Source of the DNA: Sphingobium sp.
Lineage (GTDB): Bacteria > Pseudomonadota > Alphaproteobacteria > Sphingomonadales > Sphingomonadaceae
DNA: 64,000 nucleotides
Assembly: GCA_040508315.1 (NCBI GenBank)
Contig: JBEVNC010000149.1
Location: forward strand, 10,348 to 74,347
Direction: 5' to 3'
A program made the translations under genes and the position numbers. The notes beneath the pieces are model-generated. The model saw nothing but the letters and a program-made list of their open reading frames with translations, ran no database searches and was not told where the DNA came from. Positions 1-8,944 of this stretch are shown in pieces; the first letter of the stretch is position 1, and each line of letters begins with the position of its first letter.

Positions 1-60
1 GATGATCGCGATCTTGTCTTGCAGCCGTCCGGCCATCTGCATTCTCTCCTTTTCTATCCG

Positions 61-813
61 TCAGTTCGTCGTGTCGTTCGTCGGCCTGACCGCGATCTCC
101 GAGATGTGCGCGCGCCGCGGCAGCGCGCACATGAAGACGACCGTATCGCCTATGTCGCTGGGCAGCACCACGCCGTCCTTCGACACATGATTTTCCAGAA
201 ACGCCTTCATGCCGGGGTCGGAGATGCTGGTCGCCACTTCCGACGCTGTCGCGCCGGGCATCAGGATGCTGACACGAACGCCCGCGCCGCCGACTTCCTG
301 CCGCAGCGAATCGGTCATCGCATTGGCGGCATGTTTGCTGGCGGAGTAGGCGTTGACGACCGACCCGGTCTTGCGGCCTGCCAGCGACGTGATGTTGATG
401 ATGTCGCCGGTGCCGCGCGCCTTCATATGGCCGACCACCGCCTTGCAGGTGTAGACCGTGCCCATCAGGTTGATGTCGATGACGCGGCGATATTCGGCCG
501 TATCCGCATTCTCGATGCCGCCGAACTGCATGATGCCCGCCGAATTGACGAGGATGTCGAGCTGGCCGAAGGTGGCGATGGTTTGTTCGACGGTCTGCGT
601 CGCCACGGCCTCGTCCACCATGTCGCCGGGCAGGGCCAGCGCCTTGCCGCCTGCCGCCTCGATCTTCGCGACGAGGGCTTCGAGGCGGTCGACGCGGCGT
701 GCGGATAGAGCGACGGTCGCGCCTGCCTCGGCCAGCGACAGGGCGATCCCCTCGCCAATGCCGGAGGAGGCGCCCGTCACCAGCGCGATCTTGCCGCTCA
801 AAAGACCCGTCAT
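61..813 (-). CDS. Short-chain dehydrogenase/reductase (NADP-dependent, YdfG-like)
   Basis: TGASSGIG Rossmann motif, NSAG, YSASK catalytic motif; start taken at MTGLLSGK (813). Confidence 0.9.
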   Translation of the reverse strand: MTGLLSGKIALVTGASSGIGEGIALSLAEAGATVALSARRVDRLEALVAKIEAAGGKALALPGDMVDEAVATQTVEQTIATFGQLDILVNSAGIMQFGGIENADTAEYRRVIDINLMGTVYTCKAVVGHMKARGTGDIINITSLAGRKTGSVVNAYSASKHAANAMTDSLRQEVGGAGVRVSILMPGATASEVATSISDPGMKAFLENHVSKDGVVLPSDIGDTVVFMCALPRRAHISEIAVRPTNDTTN

Positions 814-864
814 CCCAAACTCCCGTTCGTGCGATTTTTCACTATTCGCAGCGCGCCGGGGCAC

Positions 865-884
865 GCGTGCAAACGATTGCACGC
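865..884. promoter_or_regulatory. 20-bp palindromic operator upstream of the SDR gene
   Basis: GCGTGCAA-ACGA-TTGCACGC, perfect 8-bp arms; core resembles the LacI-family TGNAANCGNTTNCA. Confidence 0.5.
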
Positions 885-939
885 TTGTTCAATCGGCGCT
901 GGCTGTCAATCGACTTTGCACGGGAAAAGATCAATCAGG

Positions 940-3453
940 TCAGAAATCCGGCAGGACCTGCGCCGCAAAACCCCATCCTTTCAGGGCCTTGTCGTTGGCG
1001 CGCTTCAAAAGCTTTTCCGCATCGCCAATGCCGAACGGGTGCGCGTCCTTCATGCCGTCCAGTTCGTTCCAGTTGATCGGGATCGCAACGGGCGCGTTCG
1101 CGCGAGCGCGTGCCGAATAGGGCAGGATCGCGGTGCTGCCGCGCTGGTTGCGCAGCCAGTCGATGAAGATCCGCCCCTTGCGCTTGGCCTTGCTCATCGT
1201 CGCGACGAAACGGTCCGGCTCGGCTGTGGAGAGGGCCTGCGCGAAGCGCGATGCGAAATCCTTGTGCGTGTCCCAGCTATGGTCCGGCGTCAGCGGCACG
1301 ACCACATGCACGCCCTTGCCGCCCGAGAGCATCGCAAAGGAGGTGAGGCCTATGTCGGCCAGCCGGTCCCTGATGTCCTGCGCGGCCGACTTCACCTCAC
1401 CGAAATCCAGCCCCTCGTCCGGGTCGAGGTCGAAGATCATGCGGTCGGGCTTCTCCACCGCATCGGCGCGAGATTCCCAGCCGTGAAACTCTATCGTTCC
1501 CATCTGCACGCAGGCCAGCAGGCCGTCGGCATCCTCGACATAGATATAGTCCTCCGCGCCGCCGCCCTTCTCCCGGATCGGCACCTGCCGCACCGTGTCG
1601 CCGAAGGAGCCGCTGTCATGCTTCTGGAAGAAGCATTTCTTGGCCCGCCCCTGAGGACAGCGAACGAGGCTGATAGGGCGATTCGCGGCGAACGGGAGCA
1701 TGAGCGGAGCGATCGCCGCATAATAATCGGCCAATTCGCCCTTGGTCTGGCCGCTTTCGGGGAAGATGACGCGTTCGCGGCTGCTGATCTTGATGGCGCT
1801 GGTCGGCGCGGGGGCAGGCGCGGCTTTCTCCGGCTTGACCTCTTTCGCTTTCTTGTCGGCGCGCAGCCCGATGAAGCTGCCATGGCGCACCCGGCCCTCG
1901 GCGGTGAACTCGGCGAAGGCGACTTCGGCCACCAGTTTCGGTTCGATCCAGCTTGCGCCGCGGGCTTCCTCGCGCGGAACCTCGACGGGGGCTTTCTCCA
2001 CGCCGAGCGGCGTCATCGCATCGGCAAGCTGCTGCATGGTCTGGTCGTTGAAGCCGGTCCCGACCTTGCCCTTATAGACCAGCGCCTTGCCCTCATGCTG
2101 CGCCAGCAGCAGCGATCGGAACGGGCGGCCGCGCGCGGTGCTCTTCGCCCAGCCGATGATGACGAATTCCTGCCGCCGCGTGCATTTCACCTTCACCCAG
2201 CTTTTGGTGCGGGTGCCGCGATAGGGGGCGTCGGCGCGCTTGGAGATGATCCCTTCCTGCCCCGCTTCGCACAGGCTGCGATAGAGCGTCTCGCCCGCGC
2301 CGATGACATGGTCGGCGACATGGACCGGCGGCTCTGCCTCGTGCAGCAGCGCCTCCAGCCGCTCCTTGCGCTCGATATTGGTGAGGGGTTTGAGGTCCAT
2401 GCCGTCGAGCGACAGCAGGTCGAACGCGAAGAAGGCGAAGGGCGTATCCTCCCGCTGCGACCCATGGCCGCGCTTCAACACATCCTGAAGCGCTGAGAAG
2501 CTGGGGTTGCCGTCCGGCCCATAGGCTATGATCTCCCCGTCGATCAGGGCGGGGGGCAGGTCGAGCGCGGCGATGGCGCGCACCAGTGGCCCGAACTTTT
2601 CGGTCCAGTCCAGGCCGTTGCGGGTATGGACGCGCACCTTGTCGCCAGCGACGGCTATGAGCGCGCGATAACCGTCGAACTTGATCTCGTGCAGCCAGTC
2701 ATTGCCGGTCGGCACCGCATCCACCAGCGTCGCGAGCTGTGGCGGCGAGAAGTCCGGGAGGGTCGCCGCCGCCTTCTTCTTCGCACGTGGTTTCAGCGCG
2801 GCATTATGATCGCGCGCCGTCTGCATCTTCTCGGTGAATGCCTTGCCCTTGGTGCCCGCGAGCGACTGGGTGCCCGCCTTGTCCGCTGCGATTTCGGCCA
2901 TGGCACGGTTCGTCAGGACGCTGGTAAGCGCGCGGTCGACCAGCGCCTCATCGCTGGACGCATGCTTGTCCTCGACCTTGCGCAGCAGCCAGTTCTCGCG
3001 CTTCTCGCCCGGCCTGCCCTTCATGCGGACGAGCAGCCATTCGCCCTTCATCCGCTCGCCATGCAGGATGAAATGGAGGTGTCCGTCCTTGAGGTCGTCG
3101 GCGCTCTTGCCAGGGATCGGTTCCCAGGTGCCGCGATCCCACAGCATCACCGTGCCGCCACCATATTCGCCCTTGGGAATCGTGCCCTCGAAATCGCCAT
3201 AGCTGAGCGGATGATCCTCCGTCCGCACCGCGAGGCGCTTGTCGGCCGGGTCGAGGCTCGGCCCCTTGGTCACGGCCCAGCTTTTCAGCACGCCGTCGAT
3301 TTCCAGCCGGAAATCCCAGTGCAGCCGCGTCGCCTCATGTTTCTGCACGACGAAACTGTTGCCCTGCTCCCTGGCGATGACGCCCTTGGGCTCCTTCGTC
3401 CGCGCGAAATCCCGCTTCGCGTTATAGGTGGCCAGGGCGTCCTTGACCGCCAT
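940..3453 (-). CDS. ligD: NHEJ DNA ligase D (phosphoesterase-ligase-polymerase)
   Basis: N-terminal PE domain (QKHEATRLHWDFRLE), ligase motif EIKFDGYR, C-terminal primase/polymerase (DLDPD, SGGKGVH). Confidence 0.97.
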   Translation of the reverse strand: MAVKDALATYNAKRDFARTKEPKGVIAREQGNSFVVQKHEATRLHWDFRLEIDGVLKSWAVTKGPSLDPADKRLAVRTEDHPLSYGDFEGTIPKGEYGGGTVMLWDRGTWEPIPGKSADDLKDGHLHFILHGERMKGEWLLVRMKGRPGEKRENWLLRKVEDKHASSDEALVDRALTSVLTNRAMAEIAADKAGTQSLAGTKGKAFTEKMQTARDHNAALKPRAKKKAAATLPDFSPPQLATLVDAVPTGNDWLHEIKFDGYRALIAVAGDKVRVHTRNGLDWTEKFGPLVRAIAALDLPPALIDGEIIAYGPDGNPSFSALQDVLKRGHGSQREDTPFAFFAFDLLSLDGMDLKPLTNIERKERLEALLHEAEPPVHVADHVIGAGETLYRSLCEAGQEGIISKRADAPYRGTRTKSWVKVKCTRRQEFVIIGWAKSTARGRPFRSLLLAQHEGKALVYKGKVGTGFNDQTMQQLADAMTPLGVEKAPVEVPREEARGASWIEPKLVAEVAFAEFTAEGRVRHGSFIGLRADKKAKEVKPEKAAPAPAPTSAIKISSRERVIFPESGQTKGELADYYAAIAPLMLPFAANRPISLVRCPQGRAKKCFFQKHDSGSFGDTVRQVPIREKGGGAEDYIYVEDADGLLACVQMGTIEFHGWESRADAVEKPDRMIFDLDPDEGLDFGEVKSAAQDIRDRLADIGLTSFAMLSGGKGVHVVVPLTPDHSWDTHKDFASRFAQALSTAEPDRFVATMSKAKRKGRIFIDWLRNQRGSTAILPYSARARANAPVAIPINWNELDGMKDAHPFGIGDAEKLLKRANDKALKGWGFAAQVLPDF

Positions 3454-4352
3454 CAGGCGCTCTTGCGGCGGGACGCCGGGGCCTTTTTGGCAGGAGCTTT
3501 GGCGGCGTCGGCTTTCTTCGATGCAGGCTTGGCGGCGGATTTCGCCGGGGCCGTGCGCCCGCCGTCACCCACCGATTTCTTGAGCGCCGCCATCAGGTCG
3601 ATGACATTGCTGCCCTTGGCTCCCGATGCCGGTTCCTCGACATCCTCCAGCACCCGCTTGCCCTTGGTCTTCTTTTTCTTCTCGATCAGGCGGTGGAGCG
3701 CATCGACATAGCGGTCGTGAAACTCCTCGGGCTTGAACGGTGCGGTCTTCTTCTCGATGATGGTGGTGGCGAGGTCGAGCAGGTCGGCATCCGCCTTCAT
3801 GTCGGGCAGTCCCCGGAAATAGCTCTGCGCCTTCGTCACCTCGTCGGAATAGCGCAGTACCTCCAGCACCAGCCCCTTGCCACAGGGTTTCAGGGAGACG
3901 AGCTGTTCGCGCCCGCGCAACGACAATTGACCCAGGCCCACCTTGCGCGTCTGGCGCAGCGCGTCGCGCAGCACCGCATAGGCTTCCTCGGCCAGATCGT
4001 CGGCAGGCAGCACGAAATAGGGCTTCTCATAATAGAGGACGTCGATGGCGTCCGAATCGACGAACTGCACTAGATCAAGGGTCTTGCGGCTCTCGATCTT
4101 GACCGCCTCGATCTCGCCTTCGTCGAGCAGGACATAATTGCCCTTGGAAATCTCGAACCCCTTCAGGATTTCCTCCCGGTCCACCGGGCCGACGCCTGCC
4201 ACGACCTTTTCATAGCTGATCGGTTTGCCGGTCGGTTCGTGGATCTGGCGAAAGGAGACCGCCGCGCCGGAGCGCGTCGCCGGATAGATTTCCACCGGGA
4301 TCGAGACCAGCGCCAGCCTGATCTGTCCCTGCCAATATGCGCGCGCGGCCAT
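3453..4352 (-). CDS. ku: NHEJ Ku protein
   Basis: MAARAYWQGQIRLALVSIPV start, NVIDLMAALKKS motif, basic Ala/Lys tail; SD GGAGG upstream; stop overlaps the ligD start. Confidence 0.97.
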   Translation of the reverse strand: MAARAYWQGQIRLALVSIPVEIYPATRSGAAVSFRQIHEPTGKPISYEKVVAGVGPVDREEILKGFEISKGNYVLLDEGEIEAVKIESRKTLDLVQFVDSDAIDVLYYEKPYFVLPADDLAEEAYAVLRDALRQTRKVGLGQLSLRGREQLVSLKPCGKGLVLEVLRYSDEVTKAQSYFRGLPDMKADADLLDLATTIIEKKTAPFKPEEFHDRYVDALHRLIEKKKKTKGKRVLEDVEEPASGAKGSNVIDLMAALKKSVGDGGRTAPAKSAAKPASKKADAAKAPAKKAPASRRKSA

Positions 4353-4376
4353 AGGAAATGCACCTCCGCTGTGTAT

Positions 4377-4401
4377 AGTGCGCCGAAGGCTGGAGAGTTC
4401 C
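4377..4401 (-). promoter_or_regulatory. Putative EcfG-type promoter for ku-ligD
   Basis: Minus strand GGAAC-N16-CACT versus consensus GGAAC-N16/17-CGTT; -10 is degenerate. Confidence 0.45.
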
Positions 4402-4455
4402 GCAACCGAATCTTTCGAGGCAAGGTGCGGGCGGGACGGCAGAAGGAGAGATGCG

Positions 4456-5283
4456 TTGAGCCGGATCGGACTGGATTTCCTGAGCGTCCTGGGCATGCCG
4501 CCGCTGGACTATGTGGCGCTCGCCGGACAGCTGGGTGTCGGCCATATCGGCATGGCCCCCTTCCCCATCGTCTCCGTGCCCGAATTGTATGAAGGCTGGA
4601 CGCTGCGCGACAATCCGGGGCTGGTTCGCGAGATCAAGACCGCCGTTGCGGATCACGGCCTGTCGATCGCGGTCGGGGAGGGCTTCTTCATCAAGCCCGG
4701 CGCGGACGTGAATGCGGTCGCGGCCGACATGGACATATTGGCGGATGTCGGCGCGAAGCGGCTGACCGTGTGCAGCTTCGAGGGTGATCTGCCGACCGCC
4801 TTCGACCAGTTGGCCAGGTTCGCCGAACTGGCGGCTGTGCGCGGAATGGGATCGCAGGTGGAGTTTGTGCCCAATCTGGGCATAGGCGACCTGCCGACCG
4901 CGCTGGCGGCGGTGAAGCATGTCGGGCGCGACGATTTCGGCGTGGTGATCGACGCCATGCACATCTATCGCTCCGGCGCGACGGCGGCCGATGTGGCGGC
5001 ACTGTCCCCGCAGGCGATCGGCCACTTCCAGCTTTGCGACGTGCCCTATGCGATTGCGGCGCAGGGCTATGGCTATGAAGCCAGTTTCGAGCGTCTGGCA
5101 CCAGGTGACGGCGAACTGCCGCTGGCGGAATTGCTCGCAGCCATCCCGACGGACAAGGTCGTCGGCCTTGAAATCCCGATGAAGGCGCGGGCTTTGGCGG
5201 GCGGGAGTGCAGTGGAGCGGCTTGCTCCGTCCGTCGCGGCGACGCGCGCCCTGCTGGCGGAGGTCGCGGCAACGGCAGTCTGA
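4456..5283 (+). CDS. Sugar phosphate isomerase/epimerase (xylose isomerase-like TIM barrel)
   Basis: VEF, DAMH, QLCD, R.APGDGELPL, VGLE motifs; TTG start after SD AGGAGA. Confidence 0.8.
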   Translation: MSRIGLDFLSVLGMPPLDYVALAGQLGVGHIGMAPFPIVSVPELYEGWTLRDNPGLVREIKTAVADHGLSIAVGEGFFIKPGADVNAVAADMDILADVGAKRLTVCSFEGDLPTAFDQLARFAELAAVRGMGSQVEFVPNLGIGDLPTALAAVKHVGRDDFGVVIDAMHIYRSGATAADVAALSPQAIGHFQLCDVPYAIAAQGYGYEASFERLAPGDGELPLAELLAAIPTDKVVGLEIPMKARALAGGSAVERLAPSVAATRALLAEVAATAV

Positions 5284-5300
5284 GACGACGGTCCGATCCG

Positions 5301-5326
5301 GGAACTTCCGGCGGCGCGACATGGTT
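5301..5326 (+). promoter_or_regulatory. Putative EcfG-dependent promoter
   Basis: GGAAC-N17-GGTT upstream of the DUF3008 gene. Confidence 0.6.
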
Positions 5327-5382
5327 GCCGACCTATTGCGGACGTCCGCCTGTCGGACGCCCGATGACGACAGGAGGTCCCC

Positions 5383-5562
5383 ATGCCAGCCAAATCCAAG
5401 GCGCAGCAAAAGGCTGCAGGTGCGGCTCTGTCCGCCAAACGCGGCGATACCAAGGTGTCCGAACTCAAGGGCGCGTCGAAAGACATGTACAAGAGCATGT
5501 CCGAAAAGCAGCTGGACGACTTCGCTTCGACCAAGCGCAAGGGCAAGCCCGAACACGTCTAA
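5383..5562 (+). CDS. DUF3008 family small basic protein (59 aa), absent from the ORF track
   Basis: SD AGGAGG; translates MPAKSKAQQKAAGAALSAKRGDTKVSELKGASKDMYKSMSEKQLDDFASTKRKGKPEHV*. Confidence 0.9.
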   Translation: MPAKSKAQQKAAGAALSAKRGDTKVSELKGASKDMYKSMSEKQLDDFASTKRKGKPEHV

Positions 5563-5575
5563 CCGGGCGCGCTGC

Positions 5576-6583
5576 TCACCCCGTAAAGCGCAGCCCCGCG
5601 CGCCGGGCGGCGGCGAACCAGTCCGTCAGGCTCTCCGCGGCCTCGTCCGAAAGCGATATGAACACGCGCCGCGCATCGTTGGGATCGTTGCGGCGCACGA
5701 ATATGCCCCGCTCGGTCAGTTGCGCGATCCAGCGCAGCGCCGTGGTCGGCGGCACGGCGGCTGCGATGCACAGGCTCGACACGGACACCCGCTTGCCGTC
5801 GATGCGCGCGGCCATCAGGTCGAGCATCATGTCCCATGCCGGATCAGCAAACAGGTCGCCGGGCAGGAAGCGTTCGCGCATCCGCCGGGCCTGCAATAAT
5901 GCCCGCACCTCTTCCCGGCCCGCTGCACTATTCCCGCTTTGCCGCGTCCATTCCTCGCCGGTCGGGGGCGTCATCTCATCATGACGACCGTTGAGCGGGC
6001 GCGCAGCGACATTGTCGTCGCGCGCCAGCCGGTCGATGGTCTGCGCCAGCCTGCGCACCTCCGCGCTCAGCCGGTCGAGGCGCGCGGCATCGGAATCGCG
6101 GCCGATATCGTGCAGCCGTGCCTGCGCCGGTTGGGCGAGCAGGCACAGGGAAAGGGCGATGTCGGACGGGGACGGATCGCACAGCATCCGGTCGAACGCC
6201 ACGTGCAGCATCGCCGCCACCGCTTCCGCATTGGCCATGTCCACCAATATGAGCGGGCGCGCATCGGCATAGCCCGGCCACGCCAGCAGTGCCGACAAGA
6301 GAACGACCAGCTGCGGATCGGCCCCCGGGACACCGCGCAGGTCCACAACCAGCACGTCCGCACCGATCACGGGTCGCAACCGTTCCGCCATGTCCTCCAA
6401 GGAGACCATGGCCATGACGCGCAGCTCAGCACCAGCCGCCATGGCGGACAGCTCTGCATGATGGTCTGGCGTGCCGACGAGGAGAAGGCTCCGCCTTTCC
6501 TCTGCGCCGAACGCTGCAGGCATCGCCTGAACCATCATGTCGCCATAGCTGAAATCGATCGGTCCAGCGGAGTCCAGCAGCAT
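5576..6583 (-). CDS. Winged-helix (MarR-like) DNA-binding protein with N-terminal degenerate receiver-like region
   Basis: C-terminal DLFADPAWDMMLDL...VSVSSLCIAAAVPPTTALRWI...DARRVFISL, typical of a sphingomonad wHTH family. Confidence 0.8.
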   Translation of the reverse strand: MLLDSAGPIDFSYGDMMVQAMPAAFGAEERRSLLLVGTPDHHAELSAMAAGAELRVMAMVSLEDMAERLRPVIGADVLVVDLRGVPGADPQLVVLLSALLAWPGYADARPLILVDMANAEAVAAMLHVAFDRMLCDPSPSDIALSLCLLAQPAQARLHDIGRDSDAARLDRLSAEVRRLAQTIDRLARDDNVAARPLNGRHDEMTPPTGEEWTRQSGNSAAGREEVRALLQARRMRERFLPGDLFADPAWDMMLDLMAARIDGKRVSVSSLCIAAAVPPTTALRWIAQLTERGIFVRRNDPNDARRVFISLSDEAAESLTDWFAAARRAGLRFTG

Positions 6584-6596
6584 TCGAATCCCTCAT

Positions 6597-6611
6597 GTAC
6601 CTGATTTGTTC
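6597..6611 (-). promoter_or_regulatory. LexA/SOS-box-like site
   Basis: Minus strand GAAC-N7-GTAC, 13 nt upstream of the wHTH start codon. Confidence 0.55.
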
Positions 6612-6642
6612 GGCTGCTTATGCCCGATTCGGAGTCTGTTTT

Positions 6643-6657
6643 GAACCTGCTTTGTTC
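6643..6657 (-). promoter_or_regulatory. Second LexA-box-like site
   Basis: GAAC-N7-GTTC; near direct repeat of the first site (TGTACCTGATTTGTTC vs TGAACCTGCTTTGTTC). Confidence 0.4.
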
Positions 6658-6743
6658 CAATTCGGACGAATGTCCGCCGTCAGGGGCCTTTATGATCCAA
6701 AACGGAGAATACACCCGTCGCTGGCTAGACCGATTTGGGTCAA

Positions 6744-7700
6744 TCAGTCAGCATCCACATCCTTCAGCACTAGCGGCAAGGTGTCAAAAATCAGCGCGCG
6801 CAGCCAGGACAACCCTGCGTCGCTGGCCAATCGCAGGTGGGATACCATGCTCATGCCGACCTGTTCGGTGCGCGGCGCACCCTCGATGATCGCCAGATTG
6901 ACGGGATCGGCGGCGCGCATCGCCAACTGACGCGGCACCCGCGCGACCAGATCGGTCTGCGACACCAGGCGCACCGCGGCACCCGCGTCATAGACGCCGA
7001 TGCGCCGGTCGCTCGACCGGCCGCTGTCGGTGGTCACACGCCATTCCAGGCCCCCTGCCGAGGCATATGCACCGCCACCGGACGTTGGGCGCCCCGCTAT
7101 GATTTCCAGCCGGGGCTGCTCCACGATCCGGCGGGCGAAAAACGGATCGTCGATCATCGGGTGGTTGCGGCTTGCGATCCAGACCAGTTCTTCCCGATAC
7201 AGCGGCTCGCAAAGGAACCGCGCCGGGACCTTGCCGAAAGCGCCGACCACGAGGTCGACCGTACCCTCGTCCAGCGCCGCAAGCATGTCGGGCAGCGGAT
7301 TGACCACTAGGAAGTTGATGCCTGGCGCAACGGTCCGCGCGCGCGCCAGAAGATCGGGGATCAATATGGTGCAGAAATAGGAGGCCGCTCCGATAGCGAA
7401 CTGCCGCTCCGCTTTTGCCGGGTCGAACAGGGAAGGCGCGAGCGCGCCGCGAATCTGGCCCAGCCCCTCGCGAATGCCCGGCGCGATCTCGAGGGCGCGG
7501 GCGGTTGGTTGCAGGCCGCCGGCCGAACGGTGGAACAGGGGATCGTCGAGCGCGGTGCGCAGTCTGCCGAGCGCGTGGCTGATCGCCGATTGCGTCAATC
7601 CCAGCCGGCCCGCCGCGCGGGTGACGCTGCGCAATTCGTGCAGTGCATCGAACACGCGCAGAAGGTTCAGATCCAAGTCAACCATATGCATACCATTCAT
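6744..7700 (-). CDS. LysR family transcriptional regulator (NodD/LeuO-like), divergent from the efflux operon
   Basis: DLNLLRVFDAL...SVTRAA..LGLTQSAISHALGRLR HTH; start could also be 7691 or 7685. Confidence 0.92.
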   Translation of the reverse strand: MNGMHMVDLDLNLLRVFDALHELRSVTRAAGRLGLTQSAISHALGRLRTALDDPLFHRSAGGLQPTARALEIAPGIREGLGQIRGALAPSLFDPAKAERQFAIGAASYFCTILIPDLLARARTVAPGINFLVVNPLPDMLAALDEGTVDLVVGAFGKVPARFLCEPLYREELVWIASRNHPMIDDPFFARRIVEQPRLEIIAGRPTSGGGAYASAGGLEWRVTTDSGRSSDRRIGVYDAGAAVRLVSQTDLVARVPRQLAMRAADPVNLAIIEGAPRTEQVGMSMVSHLRLASDAGLSWLRALIFDTLPLVLKDVDAD

Positions 7701-7819
7701 TTCATACCGCAGTAATATTCACTAGGTTGCACCGCGACTCATGCCTAAACGCGCCAAGTCAGTCGCAATTTCCTATGAATTGCGCGGGCTCTGCGTCTGG
7801 GGATAACGTCTTGGCCGAA

Positions 7820-8944
7820 ATGGCGAATATTAGCGAACAGGGTATCTCCGACGACGATGACGGCGCGGCTGCCCGTAAGGCGCAGCTGCGCAAGCCCCTC
7901 TTGTTGCTGGCCCCGATCGCGGTGTTGATCGGGATAGTCTATTTCTACCTTTCCGGCGGACGGTATGAAACGACGGACAACGCCGCCCTCCAGACCGCCC
8001 AGATCGCCGTCAGCGCCAATGTGAGCGGGCGCGTTATAGCGGTGGAAATTTCGGAAAACGAGAGCGTTGCCGCAGGCCAGATATTGTTCCGCATAAACCC
8101 CGATACCTATCGGACAGCTGTGGCGGAGGCGGAGGCGCAACTGGCCGTCGCTCGCACCGAGGTCGACGCCCTGCGCGCCGATTATCGCGAGACCATGTCG
8201 GATGTCGCGGCCGCGCAGGCCCGGCTCACCTATGCCGAGCGCGAGGCGCGGCGGCAAAAGGCGTTGGCGGCCGAGGGCATTTCGTCACAGCAGCAATATG
8301 ACCAGGCGGTGCTGGCGGTCAGCACCGCGAAGGACGAGATCGCCGCCACGCAGGCCAAGGCGGACAGCAAGCGCGCCAGCCTGTCGGGCAAGGTCGATGC
8401 CCCCGTCGATTCGCAGGCCAGCGTGCGGCGCGCACAGGCCGCGCTCGACCGCGCGCGAATCGCGCTCAACGATACGGTCGTGCGCGCCGCGCAGGACGGT
8501 GTCGTAACGCGCGTCCATCAGTTGCAGGTCGGCAGCTATGTCACCGCGTCGCGGCCATTGTTCGTGATGACGGGCAAACGTTACTGGGTGCAGGCCAATT
8601 TCAAGGAAAGCCAGCTGCAGCATATGCGCGTGGGTCAGCGGGCGCAGATCGAACTCGACGCCTTTCCCGACATGAAACTGCAGGGCCGCATTGCCAGCTT
8701 CAGCCCCGGCACCGGCAACAGCTTCGCCCTGCTCCCGGCGGAAAATGCCACGGGCAACTGGGTGAAGGTGGTGCAGCGCCTGCCGGTCGAACTGCGGCTG
8801 GACGCGGTGCCGGAGGGCATGCCGCTCCATACGGGCCTCAGCGCGTCGGTGACAGTGGATACGGGGCATCAGCGCCGCCTGATCGGGCCGGATACGCCCG
8901 CATCGGTCCCGACCGACGATGCCGCTGCCCCCGCACGGCCATGA
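7820..8944 (+). CDS. HlyD/EmrA-family membrane fusion protein
   Basis: TDNA, ANFKESQL, LLPAENATGNWVKVVQRLPV motifs; single N-terminal TM. Confidence 0.93.
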   Translation: MANISEQGISDDDDGAAARKAQLRKPLLLLAPIAVLIGIVYFYLSGGRYETTDNAALQTAQIAVSANVSGRVIAVEISENESVAAGQILFRINPDTYRTAVAEAEAQLAVARTEVDALRADYRETMSDVAAAQARLTYAEREARRQKALAAEGISSQQQYDQAVLAVSTAKDEIAATQAKADSKRASLSGKVDAPVDSQASVRRAQAALDRARIALNDTVVRAAQDGVVTRVHQLQVGSYVTASRPLFVMTGKRYWVQANFKESQLQHMRVGQRAQIELDAFPDMKLQGRIASFSPGTGNSFALLPAENATGNWVKVVQRLPVELRLDAVPEGMPLHTGLSASVTVDTGHQRRLIGPDTPASVPTDDAAAPARP

